DNA of 64,000 bases from an uncultured bacterium (GTDB taxonomy: Bacteria > Armatimonadota > Hebobacteria > Hebobacterales > Hebobacteraceae): the NCBI GenBank assembly GCA_964385645.1, contig CAYLPT010000188.1, positions 8,727 to 72,726 of the forward strand, read 5' to 3'. Of the stretch, positions 50,812-60,046 are shown piece by piece; position 1 is the stretch's first letter; each line of letters starts with the position of its first letter. Under the pieces are notes generated by a model. That model was not told where the DNA came from and did no database searches. It was given only the letters and a program-made list of their open reading frames with translations. The translations under genes and the position numbers were made by a program.

Positions 50812-51648
50812 TCAGCCTGCCCCCGCGCCCTCGGCGGCGCCGATGACCTCCATCAGCTCCTCCGTGATCGCCGCCTGCCGAGCCTTGTGATAGCTGAGGG
50901 TCAGCTCCCGCGCCATGCGCTCCGCGTTCTCCGTGGCCTCGGTCATGGCCAACACCCGCGCCGCCTGCTCGCTGGCCGAGGCCTCCAGCACGACCCCCAG
51001 GAGCTCGCTCCGCAGGTAGCGCGATAGGAGCCCCTCCAGGAGCGCCGGCGCCGGCGGCTCGAAGATGATGTAGGGCGGCAAGTACTGCGCCTCCAGAGTG
51101 ACTGGCAGGAGCTCATCCGCCCTCAGCCGCGAGCGCATCTCCCCCAGGAACTCCGTGTAGACTACCACGACTCGCTCAAGCTCCCCGCGCCGGAAGCGCT
51201 CGCCAATCCGGCACGCGGCCTGGGCGATGGCCGCGGCATCAGGTCGCGGCCCCACGGGCGCCACCTGGTCAACGACCTCGTAGCCGCGCTCCCGCATTCG
51301 CTGCAGCGCTCTTCTGCCCACTGCCACCACCACAGCCTCCTCCGGCGGAGCCTCCGCCACCGCTCGTCGCACGACGTTGGCGCTGTAGCCGCCGGCGAGG
51401 CCGCGGTCGCCGGCCACCACGACGAGCATGGTCCGCCCACCCGCCGGCCAGGCGAGGAAGGGATGGTCGCGCGTCGTCGCCACCACCCGGCCCACGAGCG
51501 CCCGCAGGCGTCGCCGGTAGGGGCGCGTCGCCCGCAGGCGCTCCTCCGCGCGGCGAAGCCGGATGGAGGCCACCGTCTTCATCGCCCGGCAGGTCTGCTC
51601 GAGTCCGCGGACGGTGCGGATGTGTTGCCTGATGTCCCGCAGCGACAT
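50812..51648 (-). CDS. atpG: F1 ATP synthase gamma subunit
   Basis: [35 protein letters not shown]; C-terminal ITEELMEVIGAAEG. Confidence 0.9.
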   Translation of the reverse strand: MSLRDIRQHIRTVRGLEQTCRAMKTVASIRLRRAEERLRATRPYRRRLRALVGRVVATTRDHPFLAWPAGGRTMLVVVAGDRGLAGGYSANVVRRAVAEAPPEEAVVVAVGRRALQRMRERGYEVVDQVAPVGPRPDAAAIAQAACRIGERFRRGELERVVVVYTEFLGEMRSRLRADELLPVTLEAQYLPPYIIFEPPAPALLEGLLSRYLRSELLGVVLEASASEQAARVLAMTEATENAERMARELTLSYHKARQAAITEELMEVIGAAEGAGAG

Positions 51649-53180
51649 CAGGCGGCCTCCCCGCGGCGTTGGCCTGCCGGCGCGCGGCCCCGGTACTCCT
51701 CGATGGCGTCCCTCAGGCCGCGCTCAATCTCGTCGTCCAGGTCCCCGGTTGCCTGGATGCGAGACAAGACACCGGGGCGCTCCTCTCGGACGAAGGCGAG
51801 CAGACCGGCGACGAAGCTCTGCACCTGCTCGATGGCTACGTCGTCGAGGTAGCCCTGGGTGCCCGCGTAGATCGCGACCACCTGCTCGGCGAGAGGCATG
51901 GGCGCATACTGAGGTTGCTTGAGCAGCTCCATCATGCGATCGCCGTGGGCTAGCTGCTCGCGGGTGGCCGGCTCCAGCTCGGCGGCGAACTGGGAGAAGG
52001 CGTGCAGCTCCTGGTAGTAGGCGAGCTCGAGCCGAAGCATCCCCGCCACCCGCTTCATGGCCGGCGCCTGGGCCGCCCCCCCGACGCGGGACACCGACAG
52101 GCCCACGTTCATGGCGGGCCGCAGGCCGGCGAAGAACAGATCGGACTCGAGGTAGATCTGTCCGTCCGTGATGGAGATGATGTTGGTGGGGATGTAGGCT
52201 GAGTAGTCGCCCTCCTGGGTCTCGACGACGCAGAGCGCGGTGAGGGAGCCTCCGCCCCGCGCATCGCTCAACTTCGCGGCCCGCTCGAGCAGGTGGGCGT
52301 GGAGGTAGAAGATGTCTCCGGGGAAGGCCTCCCGACCCGGGGGCCGGCGGAGCAGCAGGCTGATCTGGCGGTAGGCGTGGGCGTGCTTAGTGAGGTCGTC
52401 GTAGATGACCAGCGCGTGTTCGCCGCGGTCGCGGAAGTACTCCCCGATGGAGCAGCCGGCGAAGGGCGCGAGGTACTGCTGGGCGGCGGGGTCGCTCGCC
52501 GCGGCGACGACGATGGTGGTGTAGTCCATCGCGCCGTGCTGCTCCAGCACGTGCGCGAGCCGCGCCACCGCGGCCAGCCGCTGCCCGATGGCCACGTAGA
52601 TGCAGTAGCAGCCCTGGCCGCGCTGGTTGATGATGGTGTCTACGGCGATCGCCGTCTTGCCCGTCTGGCGGTCGCCCACGATGAGCTCCCGCTGCCCCCG
52701 GCCCAGGGGCGTGATAGCGTCCACCGCCTTCAGGCCGGTCTGGAGCGGCTCGTTGACCGGCTGACGCTCCGCCACCCCGGGCGCGCGCGCCTCCAGGGGG
52801 CGAAACTCGCGGGCGGATATGGGCCCCCGGTCGTCCAGGGGCTGCCCGAGCGCGTTCACCACTCGCCCGATGAGGGGCTCCCCCACCGGCACCTGCACGA
52901 TGCGCCCCGTCGTCTTGGCGAGGTCGCCCTCCTTCACATCGCGGTCCTGCCCCAGCAGTATGCACCCGACGTTGTCCTCCTCGAGGTTGTGGGCCAGCCC
53001 ATAGATGCCGCCGGCGAACTCGATCATCTCCCCCATCATGGCATCGTGCAGCCCATAGACGCGGGCGACCCCGTCACCGACCTGGAGGACCCGACCGACC
53101 GAGCGCACCTCTGGCTCGACGCCGAGCCTCTCGATCTCCTCGCGGAGGACCGCGCTCACCTCGTCGGGCCGGATGCTCAC
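51648..53180 (-). CDS. atpA: F1 ATP synthase alpha subunit
   Basis: GTG start ([16 protein letters not shown]) overlapping the atpH stop (GTGA). Walker A GDRQTGKT. Confidence 0.95.
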   Translation of the reverse strand: MSIRPDEVSAVLREEIERLGVEPEVRSVGRVLQVGDGVARVYGLHDAMMGEMIEFAGGIYGLAHNLEEDNVGCILLGQDRDVKEGDLAKTTGRIVQVPVGEPLIGRVVNALGQPLDDRGPISAREFRPLEARAPGVAERQPVNEPLQTGLKAVDAITPLGRGQRELIVGDRQTGKTAIAVDTIINQRGQGCYCIYVAIGQRLAAVARLAHVLEQHGAMDYTTIVVAAASDPAAQQYLAPFAGCSIGEYFRDRGEHALVIYDDLTKHAHAYRQISLLLRRPPGREAFPGDIFYLHAHLLERAAKLSDARGGGSLTALCVVETQEGDYSAYIPTNIISITDGQIYLESDLFFAGLRPAMNVGLSVSRVGGAAQAPAMKRVAGMLRLELAYYQELHAFSQFAAELEPATREQLAHGDRMMELLKQPQYAPMPLAEQVVAIYAGTQGYLDDVAIEQVQSFVAGLLAFVREERPGVLSRIQATGDLDDEIERGLRDAIEEYRGRAPAGQRRGEAA

Positions 53181-53731
53181 CGCCCGGACCCCTGCGCGCC
53201 GACCAGCCTCTCCCGCAGGCGCGCCAGCCGCCCAGCCGCGCTGCCGTCCACGAGCCGGTCGCCCACCCGCACCACCACGCCCGCCAGCACGCTGGCATCC
53301 ACCCGGGCCTCGAGCTCGATCCGCATGCCCGTCATCCGCGCGAGCGCCGCCGCGAGTCGGCGGCGCTGCTGGGCGGTGAGGGGCACTGCAGTGAGCGCCT
53401 CCGCCCGCAGCAGCCCCGCTCGGGCGTCGGCCAGCTCGCCGAAGCGCTCCGCGACGCTCGCCAGCTCCTCGCCCCGCCCATGCCGCACCAGGGCGCACAC
53501 CAGGCCCACCAACAGGTCGCTGAACGCGCCCTCCAAGGCCGCCCGTGCCAGCTCCACCCTCCGTGCGAGGGGCACCTCCGGCCGCGTCAGCGCGAGCGAA
53601 AGCTCCGGCGCGACCTGCGCCAGGCGCACTAGCTGGGCCAGCTCGCCCCGCACCCGGGCCACCTCCCCCCGCTCGGCCGCCAGGTCAAGGAGGGCCTCGG
53701 CGTAGCGGGAGGCGGCGCGACGGTCTGTCAC
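53177..53731 (-). CDS. atpH: F1 ATP synthase delta (OSCP) subunit
   Basis: [13 protein letters not shown]-terminus, correct size and operon position. Confidence 0.85.
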   Translation of the reverse strand: MTDRRAASRYAEALLDLAAERGEVARVRGELAQLVRLAQVAPELSLALTRPEVPLARRVELARAALEGAFSDLLVGLVCALVRHGRGEELASVAERFGELADARAGLLRAEALTAVPLTAQQRRRLAAALARMTGMRIELEARVDASVLAGVVVRVGDRLVDGSAAGRLARLRERLVGAQGSGR

Positions 53732-54234
53732 GGCTCCTGCTCCAGGCTGGCGATGAAGTCGTCCACGGCCTGGCGGTGCTGCTGCTCGTCGAGGCGCTGG
53801 AGCACCGCGCGGCTGGCGGCGAGCAGGGCCAGATCCACCACTCGGCGGCGCAGCTCGGCGGTGGCGCGCGCGCGCTCCAGGGCGATGGCCGCCCGCGCTC
53901 GCTCGCGCAGCCGCTGCCCGTCTTCACGGGCTTCCTGTAGGATCTGCGCGCGCGCCTGCTCGGCCTCCCGGATCGCGCGGCGGAGTTGTTCACGGGCCTC
54001 CTCTTGGGCCTGCGCGAGCACCTTCGCCCTCTCAGCCTCAATGGCGGCGAGCTGGCGCTTGGCCTCCTCGCCGGCCGCGAAGGCGGCGTCAATCTGGCGC
54101 TCTCGACGGCGCATGACGCTCAGCAGCGGGCCGAACAGGAGCCGCTTGAGCACCAGGTAGAGGAGCGCGAAGCCGAGCACCTGGAGCGCGAGGACATAGG
54201 GGTCTATCTCGAGCGGACTGAGGGTTGGTTCCAT
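53728..54234 (-). CDS. atpF: Fo ATP synthase b subunit
   Basis: N-terminal TM helix followed by a long Ala/Arg/Glu-rich helix. Correct operon position. Confidence 0.85.
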   Translation of the reverse strand: MEPTLSPLEIDPYVLALQVLGFALLYLVLKRLLFGPLLSVMRRRERQIDAAFAAGEEAKRQLAAIEAERAKVLAQAQEEAREQLRRAIREAEQARAQILQEAREDGQRLRERARAAIALERARATAELRRRVVDLALLAASRAVLQRLDEQQHRQAVDDFIASLEQEP

Positions 54235-54258
54235 CGCGCCGGCTCCCGTGCTCCGTGC

Positions 54259-54528
54259 TCAGCGGCCGCCCAGCGCCCTGAGCGCCTCCGCCGCGGGCGG
54301 CAGTTTGGCGGACAGCAACAGGCCCAGGACCAAGGCGTAGATGATCATGGACTCGATGAACGCAAGGCCCAGGATCAGCAGGGTGAACAGCCGGCCGCCC
54401 GCCTCCGGTTGCCGCCCCGTCGCCTCGAGCGCCGCGACCACCGCGCGGCCCTGAGCTATGCTGCCGGCGACGGCTGCTACCGCGACCGTGCCCCCCGAGA
54501 CCAGGGCCAGCCCGAACAGATAGAGCAT
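54259..54528 (-). CDS. atpE: Fo ATP synthase c subunit
   Basis: 89-aa hairpin with RQPE loop and the carboxylate helix LAFIESMIIYALV. SD AAGGAGAAGGAG. Confidence 0.9.
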   Translation of the reverse strand: MLYLFGLALVSGGTVAVAAVAGSIAQGRAVVAALEATGRQPEAGGRLFTLLILGLAFIESMIIYALVLGLLLSAKLPPAAEALRALGGR

Positions 54529-54538
54529 CTCCTTCTCC

Positions 54539-55375
54539 TTACCCAGCAAGCGCTTTCTGTGGGGCGGAGTCCCCCGCCGCCTCCCGACGCTCCCCATGCC
54601 CCAATACCCCGCCGAGGTATACCGTCGCGAGCGTCGAGAAGACCAGGGCCTGTGCGAACGCCACGACCATCCCCAGCAGCAGGTTCGGCAGCTGAACCGG
54701 CAGGAAGACCCAGTAGCGCCGCGCCAGCCCGGCAGCGAGCCCCAGCAGTATGAAGACGACCGCGTGCTCGGCCATCATGTTGCCGAAGAGGCGGAGCGAG
54801 AGCGTCACGGGCCGGCACAGCTCCCCGATGAGGTGGATGCAGAACACGAAGGGCAGCAGGGGAAGGTAGGCGGGGCGCAGGGGCACACCTTCCACGAAGT
54901 AGCCAAGGTATCCGACCCCGTAGCGCCGGAACCCGCAACCCTGCACGACCAGGAACACGACGAGCGCGAGCGCGGCGGTGATGGTGAGGTTCGAGGTCGG
55001 AGCCATGAAGCCCGGCACGAGGCCGAAGAGGTTCATGAGGAAGATGTAGATGAACAGGGAGCCGACGAAGGGCACATAGCCCAGCCCCTCGGGCCCAGTG
55101 ATGCTCAGAACCAGGGTCCTCAGCGCGCCCACGAGCAGCTCCAGGAGCGTCTGAAGCCCTCGCGGCCGCAGGGAGGGCCGGCGGGCGCCTAGCGCGCTCA
55201 GCACCACGAGCACCAGCGCCGCCGCCAGCGACCATGCGAAGGCGAGCGCGGCGCGGCTCCTGAGCAGAGGCTCCCCCGCCACTCGCACCGATGACAGCCA
55301 GCTCAGCCAAGTCGCCTCGTAGACCTCCTCGAAGCCCGCCGCAAGGGCGGCGGAGGAGCTCCCCAGAGAGGCCAT
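54539..55375 (-). CDS. atpB: Fo ATP synthase a subunit
   Basis: LSLRLFGNMMAEH (essential Arg helix) and a multi-TM topology. The start at 55375 is provisional. Confidence 0.85.
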   Translation of the reverse strand: MASLGSSSAALAAGFEEVYEATWLSWLSSVRVAGEPLLRSRAALAFAWSLAAALVLVVLSALGARRPSLRPRGLQTLLELLVGALRTLVLSITGPEGLGYVPFVGSLFIYIFLMNLFGLVPGFMAPTSNLTITAALALVVFLVVQGCGFRRYGVGYLGYFVEGVPLRPAYLPLLPFVFCIHLIGELCRPVTLSLRLFGNMMAEHAVVFILLGLAAGLARRYWVFLPVQLPNLLLGMVVAFAQALVFSTLATVYLGGVLGHGERREAAGDSAPQKALAG

Positions 55376-55416
55376 CGCCAACGCCACCGTGTGGCGAAGA
55401 GGCCGCCGCAGCACGG

Positions 55417-55842
55417 TTACCTCTCCCCTGCCATCGTCTTCGCCCGGTGCGCCGCGAGCAGACACGCCAGTGCCGCCCACGTCGCCGCCGCCGGCACCAG
55501 GCCCGCACCCAGGCAGACCCCGGCCGGCGAGACCACCCCCCCTCGCAGCGGCCACCAGAGCACCAAGGCCGCGGCCGGCCACCTGAGCAGCCAGAGCAGG
55601 CCGTGCCCGAGGGGGATGTGGGGGCGTCCGGGGCGCGCCAGCCAGCCCCTGACCACCGCGATGTCGAGCCCGAACAGGCCCAGCCCCACAGCGGCGCCGA
55701 GGGCTGCGCCCAGAGAATGGGAGCGGCCGAGGGGGGCGAGCGCAGCGACCAGGACCAGCCCGAGCAGCACCGACCGATGATGCAGGCGCGCCAGCGCCCC
55801 CTCGTCCGCGCCCTCGAGCTCGTCCGCGTGTCTGCTGCTCAC
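55417..55842 (-). CDS. atpI: AtpI-like small membrane protein
   Basis: About 4 hydrophobic helices, immediately upstream of atpB. Confidence 0.5.
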   Translation of the reverse strand: MSSRHADELEGADEGALARLHHRSVLLGLVLVAALAPLGRSHSLGAALGAAVGLGLFGLDIAVVRGWLARPGRPHIPLGHGLLWLLRWPAAALVLWWPLRGGVVSPAGVCLGAGLVPAAATWAALACLLAAHRAKTMAGER

Positions 55843-55855
55843 CGTCCAGGCGTCC

Positions 55856-56074
55856 TCAGTCGCGTGCTAGTCGTCGCAGCGCCCTCAGCAGCTCCGCGAA
55901 TCCCACCGCGGTCCCCAGCAGTGTCCCCAGGAACGTGAGCCACGGCCCCGTGCCCCATCTCCCATCACAGTAGTAGCCCAGCAACGCCCCACCGACAGTC
56001 GTGGCCCCCAGCACGAGCCCCAGCCCTCCCAGCAGCGCGGGGTCCCGCAACGGCGGCCTGCGGTCGTTGGCCAT
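55856..56074 (-). CDS. atpZ: AtpZ/ATPase_gene1-family small membrane protein
   Basis: 72 aa. LLGGLGLVLGATTVGGALLGYYCDGRWGTGPWLTFLGTLLGTAVG is the typical AtpZ two-helix pattern. The upstream GTG at 56155 is excluded by the promoter and terminator. Confidence 0.6.
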   Translation of the reverse strand: MANDRRPPLRDPALLGGLGLVLGATTVGGALLGYYCDGRWGTGPWLTFLGTLLGTAVGFAELLRALRRLARD

Positions 56075-56094
56075 GCGCCCTCGCTTCCGACGGC

Positions 56095-56127
56095 AAAAAA
56101 ACCAACGAGGCTTGCGCCTCGCCTTGG
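56095..56127 (-). terminator. canonical intrinsic terminator (GNRA-loop hairpin + U7) inside the atp operon leader
   Basis: Minus strand: CCAA-gg-CGAGGC-GCAA-GCCUCG-UUGG followed by UUUUUUU. It lies 20 nt upstream of the atpZ ATG and about 25 nt downstream of the predicted TSS. Confidence 0.6.
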
Positions 56128-56158
56128 CAGCGGAACCGGCAGGAGCCCTTGCCACGGT

Positions 56159-56187
56159 ATCATACTGGCCGCTCGGGGCCCTGTCAA
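56159..56187 (-). promoter_or_regulatory. promoter TTGACA-N17-TATGAT for the atp operon
   Basis: Consensus -35 with optimal spacing. It is the only plausible promoter between the divergent BFN and atpZ genes on this strand. Confidence 0.6.
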
Positions 56188-56250
56188 GCCATGCCTCGAG
56201 GGCCCTTCGCCCCCTGGCCGAACAGGCGCGCGGGCAGGGCGGACCGGTGA

Positions 56251-56279
56251 TTGACTTTTGCCGGGCGCGCCGCTACTCT
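56251..56279 (+). promoter_or_regulatory. promoter TTGACT-N17-TACTCT for the BFN-nuclease gene
   Basis: Good -35 and a moderate -10. It lies about 65 nt upstream of the GTG at 56344. Confidence 0.4.
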
Positions 56280-56343
56280 AGACGCAGCCCCCGGCGTCGA
56301 GGGCCGGAGGAGTCGGGCAGCGAAGGTCGCGTGGGAGCGCGCC

Positions 56344-56811
56344 GTGAAGACCGTGCAGCTCAAGGTGGAAGGGGTGGCCGTGGACTGGCGGGGAAGCCCG
56401 GTGGTGGTGCTTCGGGAGACCGGGGGCCAGCGCGCGGTGTTCATCTGGGTCGGGCTGAGCGAGGCGACGGCGATCAGCATGCAGCTCGAGGGGCAGCGCC
56501 CGCCCCGGCCCTTCACCCACGACCTGATCGTCCTCATCCTGGACCAGCTTGATGCTCAGGTCGAGCGCGTGGTCATCAGCGACATGAGGGGGGAGACCTA
56601 CTACGCCGAGCTGCGCCTGCGCGCCAACGGGCGCACGAAGCGCATAGACTGCCGGCCCAGCGACGCCATTGCGGTCGCCCTCCGCACCGAGGCGCCCATC
56701 CACATTGACAACGAGCTGCTGGAGAGACTCGACTCGGAGCGCCGGGCGCAGGAGGCCAGGCTCTCCCTCGACGCCACCATCGTCCCCCCTGACGAGACCA
56801 CGGTCCACTGA
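56344..56811 (+). CDS. bifunctional nuclease (BFN/DUF151) family protein
   Basis: VEGVAVDWRGSPVVVLRE..RAVFIWVGLSEATAISMQLEG..RPFTHDL..V.ISDMRGETYYAEL. Confidence 0.7.
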   Translation: MKTVQLKVEGVAVDWRGSPVVVLRETGGQRAVFIWVGLSEATAISMQLEGQRPPRPFTHDLIVLILDQLDAQVERVVISDMRGETYYAELRLRANGRTKRIDCRPSDAIAVALRTEAPIHIDNELLERLDSERRAQEARLSLDATIVPPDETTVH

Positions 56812-56821
56812 GCCGGCTGGC

Positions 56822-57103
56822 TCACCCACAGCCGCACGGCGTCTCCTGGCACTTCGGGCACCCCAGCTCGTACTTGCGCGCCGCCTCCGCCAGCTCCACC
56901 CCGCAGATGCTTGCCAGGGTGGACACCCACGCCAGCACGTCGGCGAACTCCTCCGCCCGCTCGCCGGCGTCACCCTCGCGGATCGCCCGCGCCAGCTCGC
57001 CGACCTCCTCGACGAACCAGCGGAAGGTCCCATCGAGGCCGCGGGCGCGGTCCTTCTGATAGTAGATGCGCTCGATCAGCCGCTGGAACTCTGCGATCTC
57101 CAT
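56822..57103 (-). CDS. small MazG-like nucleotide pyrophosphohydrolase with a Cys-rich C-terminus
   Basis: FVEEVGELARAI...EEFADVLAWVSTLA (the EExxE..D MazG helices). Tail GCPKCQETPCGCG. SD GGGAGGG. Confidence 0.65.
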   Translation of the reverse strand: MEIAEFQRLIERIYYQKDRARGLDGTFRWFVEEVGELARAIREGDAGERAEEFADVLAWVSTLASICGVELAEAARKYELGCPKCQETPCGCG

Positions 57104-57248
57104 ACGATCATCCCTCCCGGCGGTCGCCAGCAAGACGGCGCCTGCCATCAAGGCCCGCGGCCGGGGCCGCTGCCGGCGCGGCTCACCTCGCAGACCTGCG
57201 CTGCGAAGGGCTGTGAATCCTGCCGGGCCGGGTCGGTAGGGGGCCGAA

Positions 57249-57276
57249 TTGACACTCAGCACCGAGAGGCTATAAT
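57249..57276 (+). promoter_or_regulatory. consensus sigma70 promoter TTGACA-N16-TATAAT for the ECF sigma operon
   Basis: Both hexamers are perfect. The in-frame ATG at 57275 is part of the -10 box, so the coding start must be the ATG at 57308 (SD GGGGAG). Confidence 0.65.
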
Positions 57277-57307
57277 GGGCCGGAGGCAGGCCGAGCAAGG
57301 GGAGCCG

Positions 57308-57925
57308 ATGCACGCCGAGGAGGCCAAGGCAGGCCAGGTGGCCCAGCTCGTGCGGCGGGCCCGCGCGGGGGACCACGCCGCCTTCGATGCGCTGGTGGAG
57401 GAGTACTCGCCCCAGGTGTACAACCTGGCCCTGCGCATCACAGGGTCCCGGGAGGAGGCCGAGGACTGCGTCCAGGAGGCGTTCCTGCGGGCCTACGCGG
57501 CGCTGCCGCGCTTCCGGGGCCAGGCCGCCTTCTCGACCTGGCTGTACCGGGTGGCGCTCAACGTGGCCTGCGACGCGGCGCGGCGGCGCAGGCGCGCCCC
57601 GCTCTCGGTATCGGAGCTGGCCACAGGAGAGGACCCCGCCCCGGACCTCGACCGGCCCCCCGGCGAGGGGCTCCCGCCCCGGCGCGAGTCGCCGGAGGAG
57701 GGGGCGATACTGCAGCAGCGCCGTCGGGTGATCCTCGAGGCGATCCAGCGTCTGCCCGAGCATCAGCGCGCGGTGCTGGTGCTCTACGATCTTCAGGGCT
57801 TCAGCTATGAGGACATCGCGCGCATCACGGGCGCTCGCGTCGGCACCGTCAAGTCGCGCCTGAGCCGGGCCCGCCTGGCGCTAAGGGACCTCCTCGCGCC
57901 GCACCTGGAACTTCTCCGAGAGTGA
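57308..57925 (+). CDS. ECF-type RNA polymerase sigma factor
   Basis: Region 2: FDALVEEYSPQVYNLALRITGSREEAEDCVQEAFLRAY. Region 4: LPEHQRAVLVLYDLQGFSYEDIARITGARVGTVKSRLSRAR. Confidence 0.9.
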   Translation: MHAEEAKAGQVAQLVRRARAGDHAAFDALVEEYSPQVYNLALRITGSREEAEDCVQEAFLRAYAALPRFRGQAAFSTWLYRVALNVACDAARRRRRAPLSVSELATGEDPAPDLDRPPGEGLPPRRESPEEGAILQQRRRVILEAIQRLPEHQRAVLVLYDLQGFSYEDIARITGARVGTVKSRLSRARLALRDLLAPHLELLRE

Positions 57926-57949
57926 GCCCGTCTAATCCGTGAGTGTGAT

Positions 57950-59221
57950 ATGGCCAATCCCCCACCGAGAGAGTGCCGCCACCTGCGAGAGCGCCTCCCC
58001 CAGTATGCCGAGGGAGCGCTCGACCCGCGTGAGGGGGCGCCGCTGGAGCGGCACCTCGCCTCCTGCGCGCGCTGCTCGGCGGAGCTGGCCGACCTTCGCC
58101 TGATCATCCGTCGCCTCCGCGAGATCGGCCCTGCGGACGCGCCCGCGCACTTGCCCTCGGATGTCCGGCGGGCCGTCGCGGCCGCCGCGGCGAGAGCATC
58201 TCCCCCGCCGGCGCTGCCGCGACAGTTCTGGACCCGCATCGCGCTCCCCGTAGCGGTGACCGCGGCCCTCGTGGTCGTCGCCTTCGCGCTCCGCCAGCCG
58301 CCGGCCTCCCACACCCTGACGCCGGCCGCCCCTGGGCCCAGGACGGCAGCTGCCGGCCGGGCGGGCGCGGGGGGTCGCGGGGCAGCGGCGCCGGGACGCC
58401 TCCGGGTGGCGCGGGCCCCAGAGCCCGCGGCCCCGCCCGGGGGCGCGCCGCGCGAGCAATCGCTCGCCATCCCGGACGCCGCGGCGCCGATGCAGGCCGC
58501 CGGCGAGCGGCCTGGGCCCGAGATGAGTTACCGGGCCTCAGTCCGGGACAGCGCCCCGGCCCCCGGGAGTCGCGTTCTGGGTGGCGCGGGGCCGCCAGGG
58601 CCCCCAGGAGCGCCTGACCGCGCAGCGGGCGGTGAGGCCGCTGTCGCCGGGGCGGCGATCTGCGAGGGCGCGGTGTGTGCGCTGCCGAGTGGGCCGCCGG
58701 TGTCTGCGCGCGCGGTGGCGGTGAGGCAGGACGGCCGGCTCGCGCTGGGGCTGCGGCTGGCGGCCGACCAGGGGGTGAGGGAGGTGGCGGTGCATCTGAG
58801 GACGGCGGCGGGGCCTCGGCTGCTCTGGCGGGGCCGCCCGGCCGAGGCGGGCGCGCTGGTAGTGCCCGCCGAGCATATCGGCCAGGGACCGACGGCCCTG
58901 CCGCTCTCGATCGAGGCCGCCGAGGCCTCCCGCGACTACATCCTCTTCGTGCCCACCCTCGCGCGCCTTGGGGAGATCGCTGCCGCGGCGCCGCGCGCCA
59001 GGTATGACAACGTCCCGCTGCGGGAGGTGCTTGCCGACCTCAGCGCGCTGACCGGGCTGGTGGTGCTCGCCGAGCAGCCCCTCGACCGGGGGGTGGTGGG
59101 GGAGATGCCCGCGGGCGAGCCGGGGGAGGTGCTGCGGCGCATCGCCGCCAGCGCCGGGCTCGAGGTCGTGCCCGAGGACGCCCTGGTGTGGACCCTGACC
59201 CACCGCCGGACGCCCCAGTGA
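57950..59221 (+). CDS. single-pass anti-sigma factor (zf-HC2) with an extracytoplasmic STN/FecR-C-like C-terminal module
   Basis: CRHLRERL..HLASCARC. TM helix IALPVAVTAALVVVAFAL, then a Pro/Ala linker. C-terminus: YDNVPLREVLADLSALTGLVVLAEQPL..GEVLRRIAASAGLEVV. Confidence 0.75.
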   Translation: MANPPPRECRHLRERLPQYAEGALDPREGAPLERHLASCARCSAELADLRLIIRRLREIGPADAPAHLPSDVRRAVAAAAARASPPPALPRQFWTRIALPVAVTAALVVVAFALRQPPASHTLTPAAPGPRTAAAGRAGAGGRGAAAPGRLRVARAPEPAAPPGGAPREQSLAIPDAAAPMQAAGERPGPEMSYRASVRDSAPAPGSRVLGGAGPPGPPGAPDRAAGGEAAVAGAAICEGAVCALPSGPPVSARAVAVRQDGRLALGLRLAADQGVREVAVHLRTAAGPRLLWRGRPAEAGALVVPAEHIGQGPTALPLSIEAAEASRDYILFVPTLARLGEIAAAAPRARYDNVPLREVLADLSALTGLVVLAEQPLDRGVVGEMPAGEPGEVLRRIAASAGLEVVPEDALVWTLTHRRTPQ

Positions 59222-59263
59222 TCGTTGGCAGGGGTGCACGCGCGGGCGGCTAATCCTCCTCAC

Positions 59264-60040
59264 ATGGGGGCAACAGCTGACATGCCCGGGGCCTGCACGC
59301 GCGCCGGCGCGGGCCGCCCGCTCGCCCTCGCCGCCGCGCTGGCACTCCTGCTGTCGCTGGGGGCGGACGCCCGCGCCGCCGATCCGGCCGCAGTGCGAGA
59401 CACCGCCGAGTGGGCCCGACTGGTCACCCTCTGGCACGCGCTGCTCGACCATTCCTCGAACCGCATCTTGAGCCGAGCGCGCTTTGCGGAGCTGGCGAAA
59501 GAGATGGACCGCGCGGAGGACGATATCTCGGCGCTCGTGGCGCGGGAGGCGCTGTCGGCGGAGACAGGCGCGACCCTGCGGTGGGTGCTGCACCGCCGCT
59601 ACCAGTACGTGTCCGACCAGCATTACTCGCTGCGCTCACGCGTGTTCATGGAAGAAGGAGAGGCGGCGGCGGTCGCGGCCGGTTGGCTGATCGAGCACCA
59701 CCTTGAGGCGATGCGCGTGATGGGCAGCGAGGGCCGCGGGCGCTCGGAGCTCGCTTATCAGCTCGGTTTCCTGCACCACCTGGAGAAGTTCGAGGAAGAG
59801 GTGGAGCGGCGGAGGCAGAAACTGGAGAGGGAGGAGAGCGAGGGAGGGCGCGTGGACTGGCAGGCGTTCGACAACGAGTGCCACCGCCGTCGGAACCTCC
59901 TGCTGCGGGCGTACCGGACCCAGCGGCTCCCCCGGGTGAGATCGGTGGAGGACGTGCTCCCCCACCTGATCGCCCTGACGACGACGCAGCCGCCCGGGCC
60001 GCCCGAGCCTGAGGGAGGGGCGGGGGCGGCCGACGGCTGA
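59264..60040 (+). CDS. exported alpha-helical protein of unknown function (start uncertain: TTG 59225, ATG 59264 or ATG 59282)
   Basis: Signal peptide ..GRPLALAAALALLLSLGADARAA. The mature part is rich in His/Arg/Glu, with a charged helix EEEVERRRQKLEREESE. Confidence 0.55.
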   Translation: MGATADMPGACTRAGAGRPLALAAALALLLSLGADARAADPAAVRDTAEWARLVTLWHALLDHSSNRILSRARFAELAKEMDRAEDDISALVAREALSAETGATLRWVLHRRYQYVSDQHYSLRSRVFMEEGEAAAVAAGWLIEHHLEAMRVMGSEGRGRSELAYQLGFLHHLEKFEEEVERRRQKLEREESEGGRVDWQAFDNECHRRRNLLLRAYRTQRLPRVRSVEDVLPHLIALTTTQPPGPPEPEGGAGAADG

Positions 60041-60046
60041 TCTCAC

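Noticed and set aside
56075-56155. The longer atpZ ORF starting at GTG 56155. The longest-ORF starts at 24820 (DUF5693-like) and 35563 (rib-leader membrane protein) are analogous.
   Set aside because: Each of these start codons falls inside or upstream of the predicted promoter elements. The atpZ extension would also have to be translated through the U7 terminator. Downstream starts give sensible N-termini.
57275-57277. The in-frame ATG at 57275 as the start of the ECF sigma gene.
   Set aside because: It is part of the perfect TATAAT -10 box, so it cannot be on the mRNA made from that promoter. The ATG at 57308 has an SD (GGGGAG).
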